From a virus: a stretch of DNA of 64,000 nucleotides. The notes under the pieces are model-generated. The model was not told where the DNA came from. It worked only from the letters and a program-made list of their open reading frames with translations, and made no database searches. Shown here piece by piece: positions 41,937-50,691 of this stretch. Each line of letters starts with the position of its first letter. Position 1 is the first letter of the stretch. Location: IMG/VR virus record IMGVR_UViG_3300007516_000001; one strand, 5' to 3'. The position numbers and the translations under genes were made by a program.

Positions 41937-44237
41937 ATGTCAATAATACCTGAATTTTTCTATAAACTTACCGATGCAGAAATAGGGGATTTCACTATTG
42001 TAAATGATGGCGATATCTTAATGGGTGTAGACATATCAGATGCTACACAGAGCCCGGATGGAACTAGTAAGAGATTACCTGTAAATATCCTAAAAACCTA
42101 TATCTTATCCGATATAGGAGGCTACGTACCGATAGATGGAACCACAGAATTAGAACCCATTACGGGGCCTTTAATTTTAGCGGATAACCTATATATAGGA
42201 AACTATGACCCCATAGACAGCTCAGAGGGTTCAACAGTAAAATTTGAAGGCCCTAAATTAACACTCTTAAGTACCAGTATTACGGGGGGTCTAATAAGAA
42301 TTGAATTAAACCCCGACGCTCTACCAGGAGACCCTTGGGCTGCAATAAAAAGTGATATTGGGGGCTTTAGTGGATTAGAATATGGAGGGGATTACGCACC
42401 AGATTTCAGGCCTAATTCCTTAGTAACTAAAGCCTGGGTACAAAGTCAATTAGGGGGTACAATTCCCAACCTAATTTATGGAGGTCCAGGAATACCTGAT
42501 AATAGTTTAGGCCTTGATGATGACTACTATATTAGTACTACTTACCCAAGCCCAATGTATATAAGGGTAGACGGTATTTGGGAAATACACATAAGTAGAT
42601 TAGTCGGTACTAATGGTATTGACGGTATTGATGGTAATCATGGAATAGATGGTGCAAACGCAAGAAGATGGACAAATTTCAGCCTCCAAGAATTTCCAAA
42701 TTCTTCGGGTACAATATCAGCCGTAACTGGAGTTGGCCCAAACTTCCCTGTAACATTTACACCTTCTGAAATTGCAAGGATCAAGGCAAATGAGTTTGAC
42801 GATACAGGGGCTGATATGAATGCCTGGTTTGTAGCCCTCAGAACTTATCTAATAACAAATCCCGGAAAAGCCTATATACAACTAACACAAACTGCGAATA
42901 ACTCTATATTCGGCATATATCAAATTACAGGAAGTATAAATAAAGTTACTACCTTCTATGAAATCTTTGTCACATACATAGCGGGTTCAGTTGGAACTTT
43001 TAACGGTTTTCCAGTAACACTATCTTGGGTTTTGTTTGGCGCTAATAGCGTAGGGGGTAATAGTCTAACTTCCTTAGATGGAGATACTACACCAGACCAA
43101 ACATTTTCTATTGGTACATCAGGTACAGTTCCTTCTTGGACTTCTTTAGGGGCTGGTGATAGAAGATTAAGAATACCCCTTGCTTCAAATGTAGGTGTTA
43201 CGGCTGGACTTGTTTCTAATGTAGATTTAGTCAAAGCCTTTGCAGCTTACAGCGCAGCTTTTCCATATATTGAGAGTTCCTATTTAAGTACGGGAGGGTG
43301 CTTCTTTACTTTTATTGATGTTGCAAATGACAGACTCTACTTACCAGGATCGTTTTCGGGTTTCCTTACAATTATTCAAGCGTCAACGGGCGATTTAATT
43401 GCATTAGTTAATGTAGGTGTAAACATTCCACAAACTGTTTACAGGGTAGAGTCAATTAATGAAATTTGGTTAATGGGTAATAGCACTTTAACATATCGTT
43501 ATTCCTTACTAGGCGTTCCTTTAGTTCCTGCAACTTTTACATTTGGCGCGGTCAGTAAAGACTTTATTGAATTTTCACCAACAAAAGTAATTTGTACAAC
43601 GGGTTCTTCAGGTAATGCTATCCAATTTATCAACCCCGTTACAAGGGTAATATCATCATCTATAACAACGATACAATTGGGTATTAACAACGCTTGTTTT
43701 GCGATGGTGGAGAACAAAAGAGTTGGTTCTTTACATTTTGGATTAGTTGCAGTTACAGCAAGAAACTTATCTACGATTTCGTTAATTAATCCAACAACTG
43801 AAACAGTGGTTGCAACGGCTGTAAATCCAAGTTCTTTGCTTAATCAACCTGCATACCTTGTCCATAGTAATTTATCGGACAAATATTATGTGGCCAACAC
43901 AACACCAAATAGTATTGTTGTTTTAGAGCCAGCAACAGCGACAACCTTTGCAGTAGTTACCGAAATTAGAGGCATTATTAATCCTTACGGAATTGCAATC
44001 GACCAAGCAACGGGATTAGTTTACGTAGCAGGGGGTACACCATCAACAGTTATCCTTACGATAATTAATAGTGTGACAAATAAAATAGTAAGAGTGTCGG
44101 CAGGATTACGACAAGCAACAACAGCCCCAATTGTTTATAGCATAACTTTAGATTTAGCGAACGGGTATGCGTATGTGACAGACCATGGAGCTTCGGGGGC
44201 AAACTTTGCAACAACAACCAAATTCAAAATATTTTAA
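41937..44237 (+). CDS. tail fibre protein with a short collagen-like tract and a YVTN-type beta-propeller-like C-terminus
   Basis: 766 aa ORF. GTNGIDGIDGNHGIDGANA gives Gly-X-Y repeats. C-terminal repeats YYVANTTPNSIVVLEP, GLVYVAGGTPSTVILTIINSVTNKIV and YAYVTDHGASG resemble YVTN propeller blades. Confidence 0.6.
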   Translation: MSIIPEFFYKLTDAEIGDFTIVNDGDILMGVDISDATQSPDGTSKRLPVNILKTYILSDIGGYVPIDGTTELEPITGPLILADNLYIGNYDPIDSSEGSTVKFEGPKLTLLSTSITGGLIRIELNPDALPGDPWAAIKSDIGGFSGLEYGGDYAPDFRPNSLVTKAWVQSQLGGTIPNLIYGGPGIPDNSLGLDDDYYISTTYPSPMYIRVDGIWEIHISRLVGTNGIDGIDGNHGIDGANARRWTNFSLQEFPNSSGTISAVTGVGPNFPVTFTPSEIARIKANEFDDTGADMNAWFVALRTYLITNPGKAYIQLTQTANNSIFGIYQITGSINKVTTFYEIFVTYIAGSVGTFNGFPVTLSWVLFGANSVGGNSLTSLDGDTTPDQTFSIGTSGTVPSWTSLGAGDRRLRIPLASNVGVTAGLVSNVDLVKAFAAYSAAFPYIESSYLSTGGCFFTFIDVANDRLYLPGSFSGFLTIIQASTGDLIALVNVGVNIPQTVYRVESINEIWLMGNSTLTYRYSLLGVPLVPATFTFGAVSKDFIEFSPTKVICTTGSSGNAIQFINPVTRVISSSITTIQLGINNACFAMVENKRVGSLHFGLVAVTARNLSTISLINPTTETVVATAVNPSSLLNQPAYLVHSNLSDKYYVANTTPNSIVVLEPATATTFAVVTEIRGIINPYGIAIDQATGLVYVAGGTPSTVILTIINSVTNKIVRVSAGLRQATTAPIVYSITLDLANGYAYVTDHGASGANFATTTKFKIF

Positions 44238-44239
44238 TT

Positions 44240-44446
44240 ATGGGAACGGTTTTAATTGATTTAGATGGTAGTCTGTCAGGTGAACCCAATAAAATAATGT
44301 CATGGCATAGAAATATAGAACCCGATAATGTTCAGTTCTTTCAATGCCCCCCTGACTTTAGTTTTGACAAATACTATTATGTACCACAAACACAAGGCGT
44401 GTTTGACTTAAATGGGTTTGTTTTAAAACCTATAATTGAAGATTAA
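44240..44446 (+). CDS. hypothetical protein
   Basis: 68 aa ORF between the fibre genes. Confidence 0.5.
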   Translation: MGTVLIDLDGSLSGEPNKIMSWHRNIEPDNVQFFQCPPDFSFDKYYYVPQTQGVFDLNGFVLKPIIED

Positions 44447-44468
44447 TTAACCTGTTAAAACCCCTATT

Positions 44469-44780
44469 ATGGAAAATTCAACACCAGAAATACAACTCCG
44501 AAACCTTGAAAGATTTAAAGCCCTTAAAGAATGTACGCCTCAAGGCTACCCTACAAAAATAACTCAGTTCGGATTTAGTTCGTATGAGGTATCTCCCAAT
44601 ACTAATCGTTTCCTCTGTGCAAAAGGGTACATGGACATAGTTGAGGGGGGTAAAACTACTCGAATGGAGGCTAGATGGAACGTAGAAGGAAAATGTATAT
44701 CCCCTATATTTACAACGACCGAGGGTAGAAAAGTGGCTTTCATAGAAGGAGATTTAATAAACGAAATAATACCTGAATAA
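44469..44780 (+). CDS. hypothetical protein
   Basis: 103 aa ORF between the fibre genes. Confidence 0.55.
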   Translation: MENSTPEIQLRNLERFKALKECTPQGYPTKITQFGFSSYEVSPNTNRFLCAKGYMDIVEGGKTTRMEARWNVEGKCISPIFTTTEGRKVAFIEGDLINEIIPE

Positions 44781-44782
44781 AC

Positions 44783-46147
44783 ATGACACAAATTAGAACC
44801 CACAATTACAACAGACCCCTAGTATCATTCGATGAGAACAGAAGGCTTCTAGGTATGCTGGAGCCAGGAAGATACCGAGGATTCGATACTCCAAAATGGG
44901 GTACAAATACTATTACCATAGCCCATGCTATTACCGGTGTAGTAGAAACTCGGTTAAATCAAAGCCTTACCTTTCCGCAGGGAGTAACCCTTAGCCGACA
45001 GGGAGTAACAATAAAAGAGGATGATGTCATTGGACCCCTACCAATTTTATCCAATGTTGCCAACGCCTTTAGAAGAGTTGATACCTTTGTAGTAGAACAT
45101 GAAATTACTAACTCGCCCGGTGGACAAGAAGCCATCTATTCAATTATACAAGGCCCCGATGGAGATGAGAACCCTGCTCCACTTACAGCCCCTCAGAAAC
45201 AAATCGTTCTTGGATATATCACTATGCAGCCCAGTACGGCTACTACAGCAGGTGCAATCTATACCTATGCGAAAGTATTTCACACGGGAGGATTATTAGC
45301 TGCAATACTAAATGAGGTAAACCAGTTCCAAAACCTAAACCAGTTCAAAACTGTTGCAGGGCTTCGGGTAGTATTGAATGATGGGGCCCAAGATTGGACC
45401 GGGTTTACAGAAGCACAGGGTAACACGATTCGTAATCTTCCACAACCCGGAATTGCTAATGAGGTATCATTTCTACCAAGAGTACAGGGTAGTACTTTTT
45501 TGATGATACAGAATTTTACTACTTTTAATATGCCTATTAGACATAGTGTAAATGATGGGTTAGGAGGTGAACCCTTACACCCCTCAATATGGGGTAAGTA
45601 CGCAGCCATTGATACCCAAGAAACTACAGTATCAATACCTCCTCAGGGTTGGGCATTATTCTGGTGCAATATAGGAACTGATATAACTACAACAAACCCT
45701 TATTGGTCTTTAGTAATAACCTCGGGTCAAAACGCAGCAATAGGCTCACTAAACGGAAGCATAGCAGCCCTGAATGCTTCTATTAATACCAAAGCCAATA
45801 AAGTACAGGAGGCTTGGAGAGTAGTAGGTGAAGCAGGCAATCCAGCTTTTCAAAACAACTTTATATCATCTGTACCAATGCCCTTAAGATTTAAGAGAGA
45901 TGATATGGGAAATTGTTATCTTCAAGGTGCAGTGTTATGGGATGCACTTAATGCTGATGGAAGAATATTTACTCTACCAGCTGGATACCGACCTACTCAA
46001 TTCGTAATCCTACCCGGTAGAGGGGATGCTCAAACTTACAGGATAGCTATTGAAGATTCAACGGGCCATGTAATTCTAAATGTTGCCTCTTTAGCTCAAA
46101 TAGAATTACACCCTTTTTACTTAAACTTCTCATTCAGGTTAGATTAA
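44783..46147 (+). CDS. putative second tail fibre/receptor-binding protein
   Basis: 454 aa ORF, the last gene of the late + strand block. Gly/Thr/Asn-rich. Confidence 0.45.
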   Translation: MTQIRTHNYNRPLVSFDENRRLLGMLEPGRYRGFDTPKWGTNTITIAHAITGVVETRLNQSLTFPQGVTLSRQGVTIKEDDVIGPLPILSNVANAFRRVDTFVVEHEITNSPGGQEAIYSIIQGPDGDENPAPLTAPQKQIVLGYITMQPSTATTAGAIYTYAKVFHTGGLLAAILNEVNQFQNLNQFKTVAGLRVVLNDGAQDWTGFTEAQGNTIRNLPQPGIANEVSFLPRVQGSTFLMIQNFTTFNMPIRHSVNDGLGGEPLHPSIWGKYAAIDTQETTVSIPPQGWALFWCNIGTDITTTNPYWSLVITSGQNAAIGSLNGSIAALNASINTKANKVQEAWRVVGEAGNPAFQNNFISSVPMPLRFKRDDMGNCYLQGAVLWDALNADGRIFTLPAGYRPTQFVILPGRGDAQTYRIAIEDSTGHVILNVASLAQIELHPFYLNFSFRLD

Positions 46148-46776
46148 TCTCTCTTGAAGTGGGTTCTTGCTAATTGAACCGTATATCGAATCTCTTTACG
46201 TAGGTCTGATATACGGTTCAATTGCGCTTGGGTATTCTCCCAACCTAGATACTCGCACACAAGAGAGGCAGGAATATGGTTTATAACCTTCCTACCTCCG
46301 ATTTGTAATTTATTGATAATGTATGCGGGTGGATTTAACTCTGTAACAAATACTTTTCTACCGTCAGGGGATAGGTTTTTATTAATCCAATCAATTGCAG
46401 TTTCTAACTGGTAGGCTTTACTATCTTCTATCGAGGTATCAATCAACCCATGTTCATATTCAGTCTGGTCATTGATTTCTACTTTAGTACTCGAGTTCTT
46501 TTCTTTATAGATTTCTCTGAGTATTCGGCACTTATAAAATTGAAGGGCTCTTATTAGATGGGCTTGAAGTTTATTCTCATCGAAACTTTGATACTTATGA
46601 TAGGCAAACAGAAACTTGATATCGAACTCTGCCAGTATGTCTTTATATTCCAACCCTAATCTTTGATATGAAATATTGGAGGCTAACTTTCGCTTCAAGG
46701 GAGTCATTGATTTATATAACCTATTGAACCTTGACTCATCATAAGTGCCCATTTCTTTTAGTCTATGCTCTTCCAT
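46144..46776 (-). CDS. putative ECF-type sigma factor-like transcription regulator
   Basis: 210 aa ORF on the minus strand. YKDILAEFDIKFLFAYHKY...HLIRALQFYKCRILREIYK resembles sigma-70 region 2. C-terminal LSPDGRKVFV...VCEYLGWENTQAQLNRISDLRKEIR resembles the region 4 helix-turn-helix. Confidence 0.4.
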   Translation of the reverse strand: MEEHRLKEMGTYDESRFNRLYKSMTPLKRKLASNISYQRLGLEYKDILAEFDIKFLFAYHKYQSFDENKLQAHLIRALQFYKCRILREIYKEKNSSTKVEINDQTEYEHGLIDTSIEDSKAYQLETAIDWINKNLSPDGRKVFVTELNPPAYIINKLQIGGRKVINHIPASLVCEYLGWENTQAQLNRISDLRKEIRYTVQLARTHFKRD

Positions 46777-46790
46777 TTTTAGAATTTAGT

Positions 46791-46823
46791 TTTGCAAAGA
46801 AAGCAAATTATTTGATATATTTG
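46791..46823 (+). promoter_or_regulatory. Bacteroidota-type promoter for the replication module
   Basis: TTTG (46791-46794), a 21-nt spacer, then TAtaTTTG (46816-46823). The region also holds two copies of the palindrome TTTGCAAA (46791-46798 and 46820-46827). Confidence 0.55.
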
Positions 46824-46888
46824 CAAATGAGATATAAACAAAGATGGGTACTAATTCCAAACTATAAGTAGATTGTAACATATAAAGG

Positions 46889-48301
46889 ATGAAAAAATTT
46901 GAGTTTGAATTGGAATTCCAAGAAAATATATTGAGGTATACTGTTACAGACCGGGATGGGTATAAAGCCCTAAATCTTTATGATGCCCACTATTTTACAT
47001 TAGCAGAGCATGCAATAATTGCCCAAAATCTAAAGAACTACCTTAAACTTAAAAAGAAAGTACCCTCGAAGATAATTCTTAAAGAGCGGTTAAAGAAGTT
47101 TCTAAGGAAACCCGATATCAGAAAAAATCTATCGGCAGAGGATGTTGAGAACGTATATAAAATAGCAGACCAGCTTTATAAGGGTCACGTTAAAGATGGC
47201 CAAGAACTCCTTGAAGAGATAAGGCTCTTTGCCTCGTATGTTCAAATGAGAGAAGCCACAGAAACACTTGAACTAAAAGACTTCTCTTCATACCCACAAT
47301 TTCTTAAGCGTATTCAAGATGCTATGCTAGTAGGAACCTCACTTAAAGAATCCGCAGGTACGTTCCTACTAAGAGATATGAATATCCGATTATTGGAGAG
47401 AAGGTATAGAGATAACATACACCCTATACCTATTACCCAACTCAATAATCTAACCAATGCAAGGGGTTATAATACGGGTGCAATCTTCACAGTCATAGAT
47501 AAGCCCAAGGCTTTCAAGACGGGGTTTCTTGTGAACGTAGCTAAAATGTATATGAGGTATAAAAAACCCATAATTATATTTGACCTGGAAAACGGAGAGG
47601 ATTCATTGTCCATGAGGCTCGAACAATCCCTTGCCGGTATAGATAAGTTGGAGTTGCTTTCCGGAGAACATGAACAGAAACTTAAGAAGATCGCCCGAAA
47701 GTATGCTAGAATCGGTTGCGAGGTAGTTATAAAGAGATTGTACGCAGGCGCAACCACAGATGATTTACAATATTGGATGGATTATTATACCCGAGAGTTT
47801 GGTTTGAAATTTGGATATGCGGTTATAGATTACGTGGGTCTAATGGGTTCAATACATGAGAACATAAAGGGCAATGATGAATCAAGAATTAACAATGCCT
47901 ATGTAGAGGTAAAGAACTGGGCATCTAAGAATGAGATTATCCATACATGGACAGGCCATCACGTACAAAGAGCTGCTTACTCAAGACGACTAACTAAATA
48001 TGAACCCGAAGATACTGCTTTATGTATTGGTATACACCGACACGTAGATATGCTCCTATCTATTCAGCAAAGTGAAGAAGAAGAAAAGGGAGGGGTATTA
48101 AGGTTAGAAGTTTTAGACCAAAGGGATGGACCGAGAGGGGCATCTTATTTCTTTGTGAACCACAAACATCAAAGACTAACTGAATTTAACAAAGCCCAAT
48201 TGGAAGAGTACACAAAACAAAAAGAAGAAGCAGAAGCACAGGGCAGGGAAGCACCTTTACCTACGAAGCCACGTAAAAAGCCTGTGTCCAATGATTTATA
48301 A
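46889..48301 (+). CDS. DnaB-like replicative helicase
   Basis: 470 aa ORF. GAIFTVIDKPKAFKTGFLVNVA aligns with the DnaB Walker A segment G.LIIIAARPSMGKTAFALNIA. AVIDYVGLM aligns with the IDYLQLM Walker B segment. Confidence 0.65.
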   Translation: MKKFEFELEFQENILRYTVTDRDGYKALNLYDAHYFTLAEHAIIAQNLKNYLKLKKKVPSKIILKERLKKFLRKPDIRKNLSAEDVENVYKIADQLYKGHVKDGQELLEEIRLFASYVQMREATETLELKDFSSYPQFLKRIQDAMLVGTSLKESAGTFLLRDMNIRLLERRYRDNIHPIPITQLNNLTNARGYNTGAIFTVIDKPKAFKTGFLVNVAKMYMRYKKPIIIFDLENGEDSLSMRLEQSLAGIDKLELLSGEHEQKLKKIARKYARIGCEVVIKRLYAGATTDDLQYWMDYYTREFGLKFGYAVIDYVGLMGSIHENIKGNDESRINNAYVEVKNWASKNEIIHTWTGHHVQRAAYSRRLTKYEPEDTALCIGIHRHVDMLLSIQQSEEEEKGGVLRLEVLDQRDGPRGASYFFVNHKHQRLTEFNKAQLEEYTKQKEEAEAQGREAPLPTKPRKKPVSNDL

Positions 48302-49253
48302 TATAGAGGTAAAAAAGAAACTCCATAACTATTTTGTAGTGAGTAGAGGCTTTGAAAACTATCATAGAAATTGGCTCAGGGGCGATTGCCCAAGTTGTGG
48401 TAAGTCTAAGAAATTTGGAATACAATTAAGTCAGAATAGGAGTAACTGTTTTGTATGCGGTTATAAGAAACAACCCATGGGAGTACTAATGGACATGGAG
48501 CATTTTCATACCTGGCCTGAAGTAAATATGTTTCTAAAAACCTATACCCAAGAAAGTTTTGAAAGATATATCGAAGAGATAGAGGTAGAAGATAATGGAG
48601 AAAAACCTCTAGTAGAATTTCCATTAGGCTACCGACTTATATCTTTAGGAGATAGTGAGTTAGCTAAGTTAGCCAGGAACTACTTAAAATCCAGGGGCTT
48701 CAACATACGAAAGTTATCCTACTCAGGTGTTGGGTATGTAGAAGATGGAGAAGAACTATTCGGGTATATCATTTTTCCATACTTCAAGAACAATAAGCTG
48801 GTATACTATCAAACCCGAAACTTCGTAGGGTTCGGGCCTAAGTTTAGGAATCCTGATGAAGAAGAACTCGGCATAGGAAAAACACAAGTCATATATAATG
48901 AAGATGCCCTCGGTATGTACAATCGTATATGGTTAGTAGAATCTATAACAAATGCCCTGACCATAGGAAATCCATCCATAGCCATAGGAGGTAAAAACAT
49001 ATCACCCTACCAAAAGAATCAGATTGTAAAATCCCCCTGCAAAGAATTGATTATAGGTTTAGACCCTGATGCAATTGAGCAGGCTATAAAATTAGCCCTC
49101 GAATTTGTGGGTCAAAAGAAAGTAAAGATTCTACAATTTCCCGAGGACACAGACGTTAACAAACTCGGATGGAAGAAAACAAAAGCCATAGAGAGGGCTT
49201 CACCATTCTTATCATTCGGGCAACTCTTACAATTAAAGGACGATTTATTATGA
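48291..49253 (+). CDS. DNA primase (zinc finger plus Toprim)
   Basis: CPSCGKSKKF...CFVCGYK zinc ribbon. Toprim Glu in WLVESITNALTIG and DxD in IGLDPDAIE. Confidence 0.8.
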   Translation: MIYNIEVKKKLHNYFVVSRGFENYHRNWLRGDCPSCGKSKKFGIQLSQNRSNCFVCGYKKQPMGVLMDMEHFHTWPEVNMFLKTYTQESFERYIEEIEVEDNGEKPLVEFPLGYRLISLGDSELAKLARNYLKSRGFNIRKLSYSGVGYVEDGEELFGYIIFPYFKNNKLVYYQTRNFVGFGPKFRNPDEEELGIGKTQVIYNEDALGMYNRIWLVESITNALTIGNPSIAIGGKNISPYQKNQIVKSPCKELIIGLDPDAIEQAIKLALEFVGQKKVKILQFPEDTDVNKLGWKKTKAIERASPFLSFGQLLQLKDDLL

Positions 49254-49564
49254 GCAGAAAACACACGCAAATAACCGAACACATAGTTCTCACTACTGGT
49301 GACGACCATATCATGGGTAAGTTTATCCATCTTTCTGATAATAGAATAACCGATGACCCGACTGGAGAAGGCTCTGTATTTGACTATGATGAATTTGGAG
49401 GAGTCAATTATTCAAGAGTGTATTGGGATTTGAAAACAAAAGCAGGTTGGAATCAGAATGATAGAATACCTACTTATGAAGAAGCCTTTACATTTATGAC
49501 TGAAAATTTCCTAACTAAATCTACCGAAGAAGATGAAGAGAATACCGAGCCTGCATGTAACTAA
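49250..49564 (+). CDS. hypothetical acidic protein
   Basis: ATG at 49250 overlaps the primase stop (ATGA). The track start at 49169 lies inside the primase gene. Confidence 0.6.
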   Translation: MSRKHTQITEHIVLTTGDDHIMGKFIHLSDNRITDDPTGEGSVFDYDEFGGVNYSRVYWDLKTKAGWNQNDRIPTYEEAFTFMTENFLTKSTEEDEENTEPACN

Positions 49565-50384
49565 GCCGGTTCTTATAGAGGCCCTCAGGTCATTATTAGG
49601 AGAGGAGCAATTAGCAGAATCCTTTGCTGAGGCCCTGCTTATAGCCTGCAAAGGTAAGTCCTGTAATAACCGAGCTCTGTTATTATCTAACAAAGCAGAG
49701 ATAAAGAAAGCCAGTCTATACGCAGAAAACCCCAGCCAATACGCGTACATATTTTGCAAGGTGTTATTGAATATTCGTCGTAATAATCATCATAAGGGAG
49801 TAAGTCTTATTGAAGAGGGGTCGACTAACTGGACTACAGTGAAGAAGATAGTGCCACTAATAGCTGAATTTGCCCAAGAAACCACATTAACTTTTACAAA
49901 TGCCTGTAAACAGTATATAAGTTGGGGTAATTATTTAATGGGTAACCGTTTTGCACTATCAAAATTTCAATCCCTATCAACTCAAATCCTAGAGGTATAC
50001 TTTGCAGATAAAGCCTTAGATGAGAACCCTTGGCAAACTGAAACGTACCGGGGCATAAGGCATTACTCTGATAAAGTATATAGTAGGGCCGGTATGATAA
50101 TAGAAGGGTTAGATGAGAACCCCCTAAAAATGGTCGAGTTCATGAAAGCTGCGGAGTATTGTGCAAAGAATCGAATAACCATTACCGACTATATTGATGC
50201 GCAGTTTGAAGGATTAGATTGGACCGGAGGTATTCCTGAACCAACCCAATTAAATTCTGAGAATGCTATTCAAAGATATGTTAAATTTGCATATAAGAAC
50301 AAGAAACATAAACCGGGTAAAGCTCCAGCCCCATCAAACATTGAGTGGGATAAAATAAAAACCTTAGAAAATGAAAGTAGGTAG
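49533..50384 (+). CDS. hypothetical protein
   Basis: 283 aa ORF. No family recognised. Confidence 0.65.
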   Translation: MKRIPSLHVTKPVLIEALRSLLGEEQLAESFAEALLIACKGKSCNNRALLLSNKAEIKKASLYAENPSQYAYIFCKVLLNIRRNNHHKGVSLIEEGSTNWTTVKKIVPLIAEFAQETTLTFTNACKQYISWGNYLMGNRFALSKFQSLSTQILEVYFADKALDENPWQTETYRGIRHYSDKVYSRAGMIIEGLDENPLKMVEFMKAAEYCAKNRITITDYIDAQFEGLDWTGGIPEPTQLNSENAIQRYVKFAYKNKKHKPGKAPAPSNIEWDKIKTLENESR

Positions 50385-50691
50385 TAAAGTAGTATGTATT
50401 GAGGACACTATACAACAGAATAAGATTGTTGAGATAAGTTTACACTACCCTAATTGGGTAGTCAAAGGAAAGCATTACACAATTAGACACGTTCTTAAGG
50501 TTATAACCACAGAGGGGTATTTAAAGTTAAGTGTATTATTAGAGGAGATACACAACCCTCAAATAGAAAAAGTTATTCCTGGCCTGTTTGTAGAGCCTAG
50601 GTTTGATGCAGAGAGATTCAGAGAACTCCAAGACCCTCTCGAAGAATCTATACCCGAAGAAATGTCAACCCAAATATCGGAACTCCTATGA
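50371..50691 (+). CDS. hypothetical protein
   Basis: 106 aa ORF with an overlapping start. Confidence 0.6.
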   Translation: MKVGSKVVCIEDTIQQNKIVEISLHYPNWVVKGKHYTIRHVLKVITTEGYLKLSVLLEEIHNPQIEKVIPGLFVEPRFDAERFRELQDPLEESIPEEMSTQISELL

